From positions 128,001 through 192,000 of the forward strand of contig JBBQUR010000008.1 in the NCBI GenBank assembly GCA_038212275.1: a DNA stretch of 64,000 nt, given 5' to 3'. The notes beneath the pieces were generated by a model that saw nothing but the letters and a program-made list of their open reading frames with translations, did not search any database and was not told the DNA's origin. Source of the stretch: Planctomycetota bacterium. Its GTDB lineage: Bacteria; Planctomycetota; B15-G4. This document shows, one piece after another, positions 22,392-30,797 of this stretch; within the stretch, counting starts at the first letter, position 1, and every line of letters starts with the position of its first letter. The position numbers were made by a program, and so were the translations under genes.

Positions 22392-24044
22392 GTGCGCAGC
22401 CTGAAGATCATTTTCGTCAGCCTGAACAACACGATCTTCGCGGATGGCTCGCGGATCCTGTCTGCGGCGCTGCGCAAGCAGGGGCACGACGTGAACTTCG
22501 TGTGCCTCACCCAGGACGGCGTGAACCTGTACGGCGAGCCGGTGCTCAAGCAGTTCTCCGACCTCATCACGGAGAAGCGCCCGGCGCTCGTGCTGTACAG
22601 CTTCCTCTCCGACAACTTCCTGCGCGCCAGCCGCGTGACGGAGCGCATCTACCGCGACCACCCCTCGGTCATGCAGGTCTGGGGCGGCGTGCACTGCACC
22701 ATCGCCCCCGAGGAAGCCATCAAGCACGTCAAGGTGCTCTGCCAGGGCGAGGGCGACGAGGCGCTGCCCGAGTTCGTGGAGAAGGTCGCCAACGGCGAGG
22801 ACTACACCGACGTCGCCAACTTCTGGTTTCGCGACGAGCAGGGCGTCATCAAGCACAACGAGATGCGCCCGCTCATGCTGGATCTCGACCGGATGCCGTG
22901 GCCCGACTATGAGATCGAGAGCCACTACATCCTGGATGAGGGCACGCTCAAGCCGATGACGGTGGCGCTGCTCGAGAAGTACCACAACAACGCGCCGCTG
23001 GGCTTCCCCACGTATCCGGTGCTGTCGTCGCGCGGCTGCGCCTTCCGCTGCAGCTTCTGCTACAACGCGACCTACAAGCAGATCTTCGCCGGGCAGAAGT
23101 CCGTGCGCTTCCGCAGCCTGCCCGACGTCGTCGCCGAGCTGCGGCACATGAAGGATCGCTTCCCCTTCTTCCGCTCCTTCTTCTTCAGCGACGACGACTT
23201 CTTCCTGCGCAGCAAGAAGGCGCTCGAGGAGTTCTCGACGCTCAGCAGGGAGAAGATCCCGGACCTGCTCTTCGACGCCTGGTGGGGCTCCACCGCCACG
23301 CCCGCCTCGCTGAGCAAGGACAAGCTCGACCTGATGTACGACATCGGGTTCCGCGTGGTCGCCGTCGGCGTGCAGACCGGCAGCGAGGAGTTCAACAAGC
23401 GCATCTACGACCGCGACTTCCCGAACCAGCTCTTCATCGACAAGATGTGGATGATCGACAAGCACTACCACCGCAAGATGGTGGTCACGCTCGACTTCAT
23501 CGTGGACTGCCCCTACGAGTCCGAGTTCGACACGCTGGAGACGGTGCGCCTCATCGAAAAGCTGCCCAACTGGGTGAGCCTGTCTGTGTTCACCTTCGTC
23601 TTCTACCCCGGCAGCCCGCTCTACAAGCGTGCGCTGGAAGCCGGCGAGATCACGGCCGATCCGGAGCTCTACAACTCCAAGAGCTTCCAGCCCTTCGAGC
23701 ACAAGGGGCACAGCTACGTCGGGCACCTGCTCATCGCGATGGGCTGCGCCAACTACGTGACGCCGCGCTGGGCCAAGCGGCTGCTCATCAGCGCGCCGGC
23801 GCTCTGGCTCGGCCGCCACACGCCGCAGTGGATTCTCGACCTGTGGGACTGGAAGCCCATCTACAACAAGCTCTGGGGCTACAACCAGAGTTGCGCCCTC
23901 GGCATGGGCCGGCCCAAGAAGCGCTGGTGGCAGTTCTGGAACTTCTTCCGCGGCGCCGAGGACAGGCTTCCCGCTCAGGAAGCGGCCGTCATGCAGGACC
24001 GCGGCCAGATCGACCAGTGGACCAAGGGCTCGCTCACGGGCTGA
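22392..24044 (+). CDS. Cobalamin-binding radical SAM enzyme (class B-like)
   Basis: N-terminal B12-binding-like region (WGGVHCT..GEGDE), RGCAFRCSFC (CxxxCxxC), DDDF, GVQTGS, YPGSPLY. Confidence 0.92.
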   Translation: MRSLKIIFVSLNNTIFADGSRILSAALRKQGHDVNFVCLTQDGVNLYGEPVLKQFSDLITEKRPALVLYSFLSDNFLRASRVTERIYRDHPSVMQVWGGVHCTIAPEEAIKHVKVLCQGEGDEALPEFVEKVANGEDYTDVANFWFRDEQGVIKHNEMRPLMLDLDRMPWPDYEIESHYILDEGTLKPMTVALLEKYHNNAPLGFPTYPVLSSRGCAFRCSFCYNATYKQIFAGQKSVRFRSLPDVVAELRHMKDRFPFFRSFFFSDDDFFLRSKKALEEFSTLSREKIPDLLFDAWWGSTATPASLSKDKLDLMYDIGFRVVAVGVQTGSEEFNKRIYDRDFPNQLFIDKMWMIDKHYHRKMVVTLDFIVDCPYESEFDTLETVRLIEKLPNWVSLSVFTFVFYPGSPLYKRALEAGEITADPELYNSKSFQPFEHKGHSYVGHLLIAMGCANYVTPRWAKRLLISAPALWLGRHTPQWILDLWDWKPIYNKLWGYNQSCALGMGRPKKRWWQFWNFFRGAEDRLPAQEAAVMQDRGQIDQWTKGSLTG

Positions 24045-25368
24045 GCGGCTCGGCCTCCGCGCGCTTTCGGCCGTAGAAGAAGAAACCCGCGGCCAGCGCG
24101 AGGCGCGTGGCGTCATCCAGCGGATGCAGCGTGGCGGGCGGCACGCCGCGCGAGAGCGAGGCCAGCAATTCGCCCACGGGCGTGGCGTCGAGCTCTCGGC
24201 GCAGCGCGTCGTCGGGCAGGCCCTCGCGCAGCAGGCGCAGGATCCAGCCGAACGCCACCCACGGCTCCTGGTGCGGACCGATGCCGCCGTCCAGCTTGTC
24301 GAAGCCGGACAGCAGGCGGTCCAGCCCGGTGCGCGTGAAGTTGTGATAGTGATCCGGGAAGGCATGGAAGGGCGCGATGAACGGCGCGTCGACGCGGATC
24401 ACGCCGGCCGACTTGAGCACGCGGTGCAGTTCCGACGCCACGGCCCACGGGTCGGGAACGTGCTCGAGCACGGACTCGCAGATCGCGGCGTCGAAGGCCT
24501 CGTCCGCGAAGGGCAGCGCCGCCGCGCTGGCCACGATGTCCACGTTGGGAAAGCGCAGGATCTCCAGGTTGACGACGTGCGGCAGGTTGTCCGCCGGCTG
24601 CCCGCAGCCGCAGTCCAGCACCCAGCCGTCGCGGTGGCCATCCATGAGGGCCAGCGACTGCCGCGAGTAGCTGTTCGAAGAGATCTCGCCGGGCGGCGGC
24701 TCGCCGTCGGCCGCCGGATCGCGCAACAGGATGGGCGTGCCGGAGCGGATCGCGTAGTGCTCGCCGCAGGCGGTGCACGTCAGCGCGTCGCTTGATGCTG
24801 CGAGCGGCGCTCGGGCCGCGCAGCGCACGCAGCGCAGCAACGGCAACAGGCGCCTCCACTTCGGGACGGGCGCCTTGGAAAACTGAGCCTCGCCCGCCGG
24901 GGCTGGCAGGACTGCCACCCCGCCAACGGACGTGTCCTGCGCCAGCCGCGCCGGATCGCCGTGCGGCGTGGCGCGCGGCAGCCGGTGCTGCAGCGCCAGC
25001 GGAGCCCGCGCGAGATCCGTGCCCAGCACCGTCATGGCCCCGCTGTCGCGATCGAGAATGACCACGCAGCTGTCGCCGGAGAGCAGCGCCAGGGCCTTCC
25101 CTTCCACCACGGACACGACGGGCACGAACACCGGCTGGCGGGAGTCGGCGCCCTGCCGCACCAGGTCGATCTCCGCGACGGCGATCGGATCTGGCAGAGC
25201 CGACAGCGCGTCGAAGGCCGCCGAGAGCCGTCCCAAGTCGCTCGCACCCGCCACCGACACGCGCACCGGCGCGCCCCGCCAGCGCGCCTCGATGAGATCG
25301 CCCCGCCGCGCGATGACGTGTGCGCCGTGGTGGCGCAGCAGGTCCAGCAGGTCAGCCTCGCTCGGCAT
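24034..25368 (-). CDS. Multidomain methyltransferase: unknown N-terminal domain + Trm112-like zinc knuckle + class I MTase
   Basis: LRCVRC..LTCTACGEHYAIRSGTPIL, VLDCGCG, LPFADEAFD, VLEHVPDP, P.H.FPDHY. Confidence 0.85.
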   Translation of the reverse strand: MPSEADLLDLLRHHGAHVIARRGDLIEARWRGAPVRVSVAGASDLGRLSAAFDALSALPDPIAVAEIDLVRQGADSRQPVFVPVVSVVEGKALALLSGDSCVVILDRDSGAMTVLGTDLARAPLALQHRLPRATPHGDPARLAQDTSVGGVAVLPAPAGEAQFSKAPVPKWRRLLPLLRCVRCAARAPLAASSDALTCTACGEHYAIRSGTPILLRDPAADGEPPPGEISSNSYSRQSLALMDGHRDGWVLDCGCGQPADNLPHVVNLEILRFPNVDIVASAAALPFADEAFDAAICESVLEHVPDPWAVASELHRVLKSAGVIRVDAPFIAPFHAFPDHYHNFTRTGLDRLLSGFDKLDGGIGPHQEPWVAFGWILRLLREGLPDDALRRELDATPVGELLASLSRGVPPATLHPLDDATRLALAAGFFFYGRKRAEAEPLSP

Positions 25369-25484
25369 GGGCGCTCCGGGTCGGTGAGCGCGGGATCCTA
25401 ACCCGGGCACGGGCTGCAGCGCCCCGTCACGCGCCCGCGCCATGCATCAGCGCCGGCGCAATACGGAGGCGACTCTCCGGCCCG

Positions 25485-26876
25485 TCACGGCAGGAAGTCG
25501 AGCCGCACCGCGTTGGAAAAGCCCACGCCGCCGGGAAGGGAAGCATCCATGAGCACGCCCTGCACGAACAGGGACGCCGGCCCGCCGCCGCCGGGGATGA
25601 GAAGCACGAGGGTGCCCGTCGGACCGGTCGAGACGTTCGTCAGCAGCAGCAGCGGCAGCGGCACGAGCGTCCCGCCCTTGTAGGGCGTGGGCGTCGCGGA
25701 GATTCCGGCGAGCAGGAAGACCGTGCCGGCCTCGGGCCCGCCCCACAGCGTGAGGTTCGCGCTCGTGCCCGACGACAGGTCGCCGCCGCAAGCCGAGAGC
25801 TTCGACGGGCCTGGCCCCGAGAAGCCGAGGTCCGCCTGGCAGACGCCGAGCGGCGTGAGCAGCACCGCACCAGTGACGCCGGTGACGGTGTTCGTCGCGA
25901 TGGCCGCGAGCTGGCGCGCGTCGTTGATGTCCATCGAGAAGCTCTGCACGATCGACCATGGTCCGGCGCCCGGCGCGACGAGCTGCTGCGCGTTGAACTC
26001 GCCCAGCCCCTCGAGATGCAGGATGTTCGTGGTGAGGAAGGCCTGGTAGATCACGTCGCCGAGGTCGTTGATGTCGTAGGCGTTGGCCAGCGGGCTGCAC
26101 GGACTCAGCAGTTGCCAGCCGTAGTCGTCCATGTGGCGCGCGGCCTGGTAGACGCAATTCGTGCTCGTCGCCAGGACGGCGGTGCCCGCGATCTGACCCA
26201 GCTCGTTGATGGAGTAGCCGGTGGTGGCCTGGTAGTTGATCGGACCCGGCGGCGTGCCGAACGTGTCCAGCGTCATGGTGTCCAGGTCCAGGCGCCTGCA
26301 CTGCTTGTCGAGCATCTGGCGCTGGTCGTTGATCGCCTGCGGATCGAAGACGCCCAGCGGATTGAGGTCGAGCACGCCGCCCGGCGCGCTGAAGAGCACG
26401 GCGTAACGGAACATGCCGCTGTTCGACCAGCCGACGATGTCGCCCACGTTGTTGAGCGCCGTGGCGATGCTGCCGGAGTGGCCCGGCAGCTTGCCCAGTT
26501 CGTGCACCGTGTAGCCGCCCATGCCGTCGGGCAGCCACTGCGCCGCGCGCCCGAAGAACTCCGGCGACAGGAACGTGGACACGGCGCCCACGATCACGCC
26601 CTGCTCGTTGATGTCCAGCGCCCAGCTGCTCTTGTCACCCGCGGGCAGCGGAAGCAGCGTGAGCGCCGAGGTTGCGGAGGCCACCCAGCCGCGCGTGTTT
26701 CCCGCCACGCTCAGCTGCCCCACCACCACGCCGGCCTCGCTCAGCGCCGTGATGCTCTGGGCCGCGCCCAGGAAGGTGACGGAGCACGACGGCGGCGATT
26801 GCGCGCCGAGACTCAGCGACAGCGCCGGAAGGCAGACTCCGAGCAGGGCAAGACGCATGCAGCGGGAACTGGACAT
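25485..26876 (-). CDS. Secreted HAF-like extracellular repeat protein with shared C-terminal domain
   Basis: Signal peptide and repeated A..IN..G.IVG units (DINEQGVIVG, ALNNVGDIVG, SINELGQIAG). Ends ..KGGTLVP..Q..D..G.GFSNAVRLDFLP. Confidence 0.85.
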   Translation of the reverse strand: MSSSRCMRLALLGVCLPALSLSLGAQSPPSCSVTFLGAAQSITALSEAGVVVGQLSVAGNTRGWVASATSALTLLPLPAGDKSSWALDINEQGVIVGAVSTFLSPEFFGRAAQWLPDGMGGYTVHELGKLPGHSGSIATALNNVGDIVGWSNSGMFRYAVLFSAPGGVLDLNPLGVFDPQAINDQRQMLDKQCRRLDLDTMTLDTFGTPPGPINYQATTGYSINELGQIAGTAVLATSTNCVYQAARHMDDYGWQLLSPCSPLANAYDINDLGDVIYQAFLTTNILHLEGLGEFNAQQLVAPGAGPWSIVQSFSMDINDARQLAAIATNTVTGVTGAVLLTPLGVCQADLGFSGPGPSKLSACGGDLSSGTSANLTLWGGPEAGTVFLLAGISATPTPYKGGTLVPLPLLLLTNVSTGPTGTLVLLIPGGGGPASLFVQGVLMDASLPGGVGFSNAVRLDFLP

Positions 26877-26958
26877 GAGAGAGGTCTCCGGAAGGTGATG
26901 ATCAGGGAGAGCGAATGAGCTGTGCGAGGTGCGGGAGGCACGTGCAACGAGACACTAG

Positions 26959-26973
26959 GCAATCGGTGCGCCG
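26959..26973 (-). promoter_or_regulatory. Putative sigma54 -24/-12 promoter (CGGCGC-ACCGA-TTGC)
   Basis: Exact GG-N10-GC spacing with TTGC, about 83 nt upstream of ATG 26876. Deviates from TGGCAC at two positions. Confidence 0.55.
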
Positions 26974-27024
26974 CGCGGTGCCGGCCTTGCTGCCGACACC
27001 GCGCGGAATCCTCCGCACCGCGAC

Positions 27025-30000
27025 TCACGGGACCAGGGCGCGCAGGCCGCCGCTCGCCGCGAGGCCGAACGGCGCGCTGGCGTCGCTGATCCACGTCTGG
27101 AACCACGCCTGCGTCCCGGCGGGCAGGCCGGCCGGCCAGGTGCCGACAAGCAGCCAGCTGCCGCTCGCATCGGTGCCGATGCCGGAAAGCACGAGGTCCG
27201 GGTTCGGGACCAGCACCCCGCCCTTGAACGGGGCGTTCAGCGCGGAGAGCCCGATGATGAGCGACGTCGGCGCCCGTGCGGCGGCGCTGCTCAACTGCAG
27301 TTGCACCGGCGCGTTGGCCGCGAGGCTGCCCTCACCCACGAGCACGGGCAGGCCACCGGCGCCCGCGACGCCGCCACCGAGCTGCGTCCATGTCTGCGCA
27401 CCCGGCGTGACGGCGAAGGCGCCGCTCGTCGAGGACGTGTTCTGGAAGCGGAGGTCGCGAGCGATGACGCGCACGCGCACCGACTCGATGCCCGAGCTGC
27501 CCGGCAGGATCCACGCGTAGGACGACGCGGCGGCGGGGAGATTGTCGGCCACGACCTGCCACGTGCGGCCGTTGTCGTACGAGGCGTGAATCGCGAAGGA
27601 GCGCAGCGCCTCGTCGTCGGAGGCGGACCAGAGGACCGGCACGGTGCTCCCGCCCGCGAAGGACTGGCCGGCCTGCGGCGACGTGAGCTGCACCACCGGC
27701 GGCGCATCGCCAAGCAGCGCGGGATCCGGGCGGATGGAGAACTCGGGCGTGAACTCCCAGCGATCGCGACCGCCCGCGCCGGCGCTGTAGCGCAGGCCGA
27801 CCCGCGCCGTGTCCGTGCTGACGCCCGGCGCCTTCAAGCCGAGCGGCATGCAGGTGATCGCCGTCGAGGCGCCGCCGAGCGAGAAGAGCTGTTCGTCGCT
27901 GTCGAGGAACAGGAAGGCATCGACGAGCCCCGACGAGCCGGGCAGCACCGTCCAGCAGAGGTCCACGTTCTGGCCGGGACGCAGCGTGCCGGCGATGGGT
28001 TGCGGCAACACGCCCTTGTTGCCGAAGTCCACGTAGGGCGTGTTGAACTGGATCTCGTCCCAGCCTTCCTGGCCGGCGGCGTCGGTCGCGACGACGCGCA
28101 GCACCGAGGCGCCGTTGTTCGACGAGGGCGGCGCCTGCGGCACGGTGATCTCGACCGAGCGCGCGCCGGCCGGGATGCCGTCCAGCAGCAAGGCAAGGGC
28201 GGGATTCTCGCTGTGCGGCGAGTAGAGCACGCGGAAGCCGGCGATGCCGTCATCGTCCTGCGCGTCCCACGTGAGCAGCAGCTTGCGGCCTTCCTCGAGC
28301 AGGAACGAATGCTCGTGCAGGCGCACGATCGGCGCGTGGTTGTTCGCATTCGGCGCCGACGTGAGGAAGGGCACGATCACGGCGTTGCCCGTGACCAACT
28401 CGCCGGTGCCGCCCGGGTTGGAGGCCGCCATCGGGCCGCTCGGTGCGTTCCACCAGTTGTATTTCCCGGACTCGATGTTGAGCGGCGCCAGCACCTCGAA
28501 GGCGATGCCGTTGGCTGCGAAGGTGTTGGGGTTCGTGAGGCCATCGAGGTCGGCATGACCGGCCGCGAAGCCTCCCGTCGCCGGCAGTCCTGCCGACGTC
28601 TGCACGCCCGAGGCGTTACCGAGGAACGCGCAGGAGCGCGCCACGATGTTGCCGAAGCTGTAGGAATTCGCGCCGATCGCATTGCCCTCCAGCAGGCACG
28701 ACTCGAGGCGCACCACGGTCTCGTCCGCCCCGAAGGCCCGCAGCCCGCCGCGCGCGATGCAGTTCTCCAGCTTGGGCCGCCGCGAGCTGCGGAAGGAAAT
28801 CGTCTGCCAGGCCTGTCCCGGGTTGAGGCGCTCGAAGGTGATGGGCGCGTCGGGCAGGCCTTCGGCGATCACTGTGCCGCCGGCGTAGCTGTGGATCTTC
28901 GCGTCCGGCCCGAGCTTCAGCGTGACGCCGGGCTCGATGGTCAGCTCGCCCTCGTTCACGTCGCCCGAGGTGTCGGCGTCGATCCGGTACGGCAGGCCGG
29001 CATTCGCGAAGGTGACCCGGCCATGCACGTTGCCGAGACCGCCGTGCACGTAGTTGTTCGCGTTGCCGCCCGTCGGCAGCGTGCTGCCCGGCGCGATGCC
29101 GCCGCCGGTGAGGTGCACTGGATACAGGTTGTTGGCGATGGTGTTGTTCGCGCCGAAGAAGTGGTCGAAGCCGGACAGCACGAAGGGCGCGTCGCCGGCG
29201 ACGTTGTGCGCGCTGACGTGGTCGATGAAGAGCGGCTGCCCGGCCTTGTATCGCGTCGACTTCAGCACGGTGCCGTTGAGGTTCAGGCCGTCCACCAGCA
29301 CGTAGCTGTCCTGCGCGCTGATCGACGGGCCGGTCACGGTCGTGTTGCGGATGACCAGCGTGCCCGAGGCGATGAAGATGTCGCCATCCCCGCTGAAGGT
29401 CGAGTGGTCGATGGAGATGGTCTTGGTCTGCGTGCCGTAGATCACGTCCTGGTTGTTCACGAAGACCGGGAGGTCCGACACCACGTGGTCGAGGCGCACC
29501 GTGGCGCCTGGCGCCACCTCGATGCCCTTGCCGAACGGGCCGCCGGCGCCGCCGGTGAGCGCGACGGGTGAGGCCGCACTGCCGAGGAACTCGCCGAGAC
29601 CCTCGACGCGCACGTTGCCGGTGGCCGCGACGTCAAGCGCCGAGCCCGCCTCGAAGCGCAGCGTGCCCGGCACGTACAGCGTCGCGCCGGTCTTCACCTG
29701 CACGCTCACGCCGCCGTCCACGATGAGCGTCCCGCCCGACACGACCGCCGTGTCGGAGGCCAGCACCACCGGGCTGAGCGCGCTCGTCCAGTGCACCGTC
29801 TGGCCGGCGACCGGCATCGGCGGGCCGGGCGGAGGCGACTGGTTCACGGTCAGAGCATCGATGCCGAGGTACGAGGCGAAGCAGCCAAAATTGCACGCGT
29901 TGTCCACGAAGTTGCGCAGCGCGAGCCTCCCGGTGCCAGGCACGGTGACCGACACCACGGTCCAACCGGTGAGCTGGACGGGGTTCAGGTCGGCAAGGAG

Positions 30001-30480
30001 CGTGGTGAAGTCGCCCACGGCGGCGCCGCCCGAGCCGGTCGAGGTGCCGCCGCCGGGCGCGTAGCGCACCTGCAGCGTGTCCACGTTGCTCGAATCGACG
30101 CGGCGCACGAAGAAGGTCAGTCGGTCGCCCGCCTTCTGGTTCGCGATCGCGGGGAGGATGGCCCACTGGCTCACGTCTCCGCCGAGAAACGCCGTCGACT
30201 CGCTGCCGACGGAGAGGTATCCGGCGCCGCTCTGTGACGGGAACAGGCTGTTCGTGCCGGTGTGCCAGGTCCCCGTCGCGACGGGAGCGCTCTGGTTGCG
30301 GAAGATCCAGCCTTGCGCAATCAGGTTCACAGGGCCGTCGGTGCCGGCCTGCACGGGGCCGTTGTTGTCGAAGGCCTGGCTGAAGCTGGCCTGGGCAATC
30401 GCCGCGCGGGCCGTAGCCAGCGACAAGCACAGCGTGATCGCACTCACGACGCCGCGGGACATCTTTCGATTCGCAAACAT
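27025..30480 (-). CDS. Large secreted adhesin-like protein (cleaved-adhesin-like domain, parallel beta-helix, Ig-like modules, shared C-terminal domain)
   Basis: Signal peptide. GWIFRNQS..SQWAILP..DTLQVR N-terminal domain, beta-helix repeats (PITF..W.TI.F, NWWNAPSGP), two P.V.L..W.A.DD Ig-like repeats, C-terminal domain. Confidence 0.85.
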   Translation of the reverse strand: MFANRKMSRGVVSAITLCLSLATARAAIAQASFSQAFDNNGPVQAGTDGPVNLIAQGWIFRNQSAPVATGTWHTGTNSLFPSQSGAGYLSVGSESTAFLGGDVSQWAILPAIANQKAGDRLTFFVRRVDSSNVDTLQVRYAPGGGTSTGSGGAAVGDFTTLLADLNPVQLTGWTVVSVTVPGTGRLALRNFVDNACNFGCFASYLGIDALTVNQSPPPGPPMPVAGQTVHWTSALSPVVLASDTAVVSGGTLIVDGGVSVQVKTGATLYVPGTLRFEAGSALDVAATGNVRVEGLGEFLGSAASPVALTGGAGGPFGKGIEVAPGATVRLDHVVSDLPVFVNNQDVIYGTQTKTISIDHSTFSGDGDIFIASGTLVIRNTTVTGPSISAQDSYVLVDGLNLNGTVLKSTRYKAGQPLFIDHVSAHNVAGDAPFVLSGFDHFFGANNTIANNLYPVHLTGGGIAPGSTLPTGGNANNYVHGGLGNVHGRVTFANAGLPYRIDADTSGDVNEGELTIEPGVTLKLGPDAKIHSYAGGTVIAEGLPDAPITFERLNPGQAWQTISFRSSRRPKLENCIARGGLRAFGADETVVRLESCLLEGNAIGANSYSFGNIVARSCAFLGNASGVQTSAGLPATGGFAAGHADLDGLTNPNTFAANGIAFEVLAPLNIESGKYNWWNAPSGPMAASNPGGTGELVTGNAVIVPFLTSAPNANNHAPIVRLHEHSFLLEEGRKLLLTWDAQDDDGIAGFRVLYSPHSENPALALLLDGIPAGARSVEITVPQAPPSSNNGASVLRVVATDAAGQEGWDEIQFNTPYVDFGNKGVLPQPIAGTLRPGQNVDLCWTVLPGSSGLVDAFLFLDSDEQLFSLGGASTAITCMPLGLKAPGVSTDTARVGLRYSAGAGGRDRWEFTPEFSIRPDPALLGDAPPVVQLTSPQAGQSFAGGSTVPVLWSASDDEALRSFAIHASYDNGRTWQVVADNLPAAASSYAWILPGSSGIESVRVRVIARDLRFQNTSSTSGAFAVTPGAQTWTQLGGGVAGAGGLPVLVGEGSLAANAPVQLQLSSAAARAPTSLIIGLSALNAPFKGGVLVPNPDLVLSGIGTDASGSWLLVGTWPAGLPAGTQAWFQTWISDASAPFGLAASGGLRALVP

Positions 30481-30538
30481 GAGGACTCTCCGTGGACGCC
30501 GTGAGCCGGATCAAATCGAATCCGGCGGCAGCCACAGG

Positions 30539-30553
30539 GCAAGCCGCGTGCCA
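30539..30553 (-). promoter_or_regulatory. Sigma54 -24/-12 promoter (TGGCAC-GCGGC-TTGC)
   Basis: Matches consensus TGGCACG-N4-TTGC, about 59 nt upstream of ATG 30480. Confidence 0.8.
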
Positions 30554-30706
30554 GCCTCCGTCCGCCACGATCGAGGCGAGGAACGCCCCGTTCAGCGCCC
30601 GGCGCGATCCACGCACCAGACACGGCGTCCACGATCCGGACAGGCGACTGGACATCGCGGACGGCGAGCGCGGACGCAATCGGTGAGACGCGAGCGCTGG
30701 GGAGGC

Positions 30707-30721
30707 TGGCACGGTGCTTGC
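30707..30721 (+). promoter_or_regulatory. Sigma54 -24/-12 promoter (TGGCAC-GGTGC-TTGC)
   Basis: Matches consensus TGGCACG-N4-TTGC, about 77 nt upstream of ATG 30798. Confidence 0.8.
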
Positions 30722-30797
30722 GCTTGCCTCCGCACCGGACCGCAGGCGTCCGCGCCTTGCTGCCCCGCACTTTCCCGATGACCCAAGGAAGCCCGCC

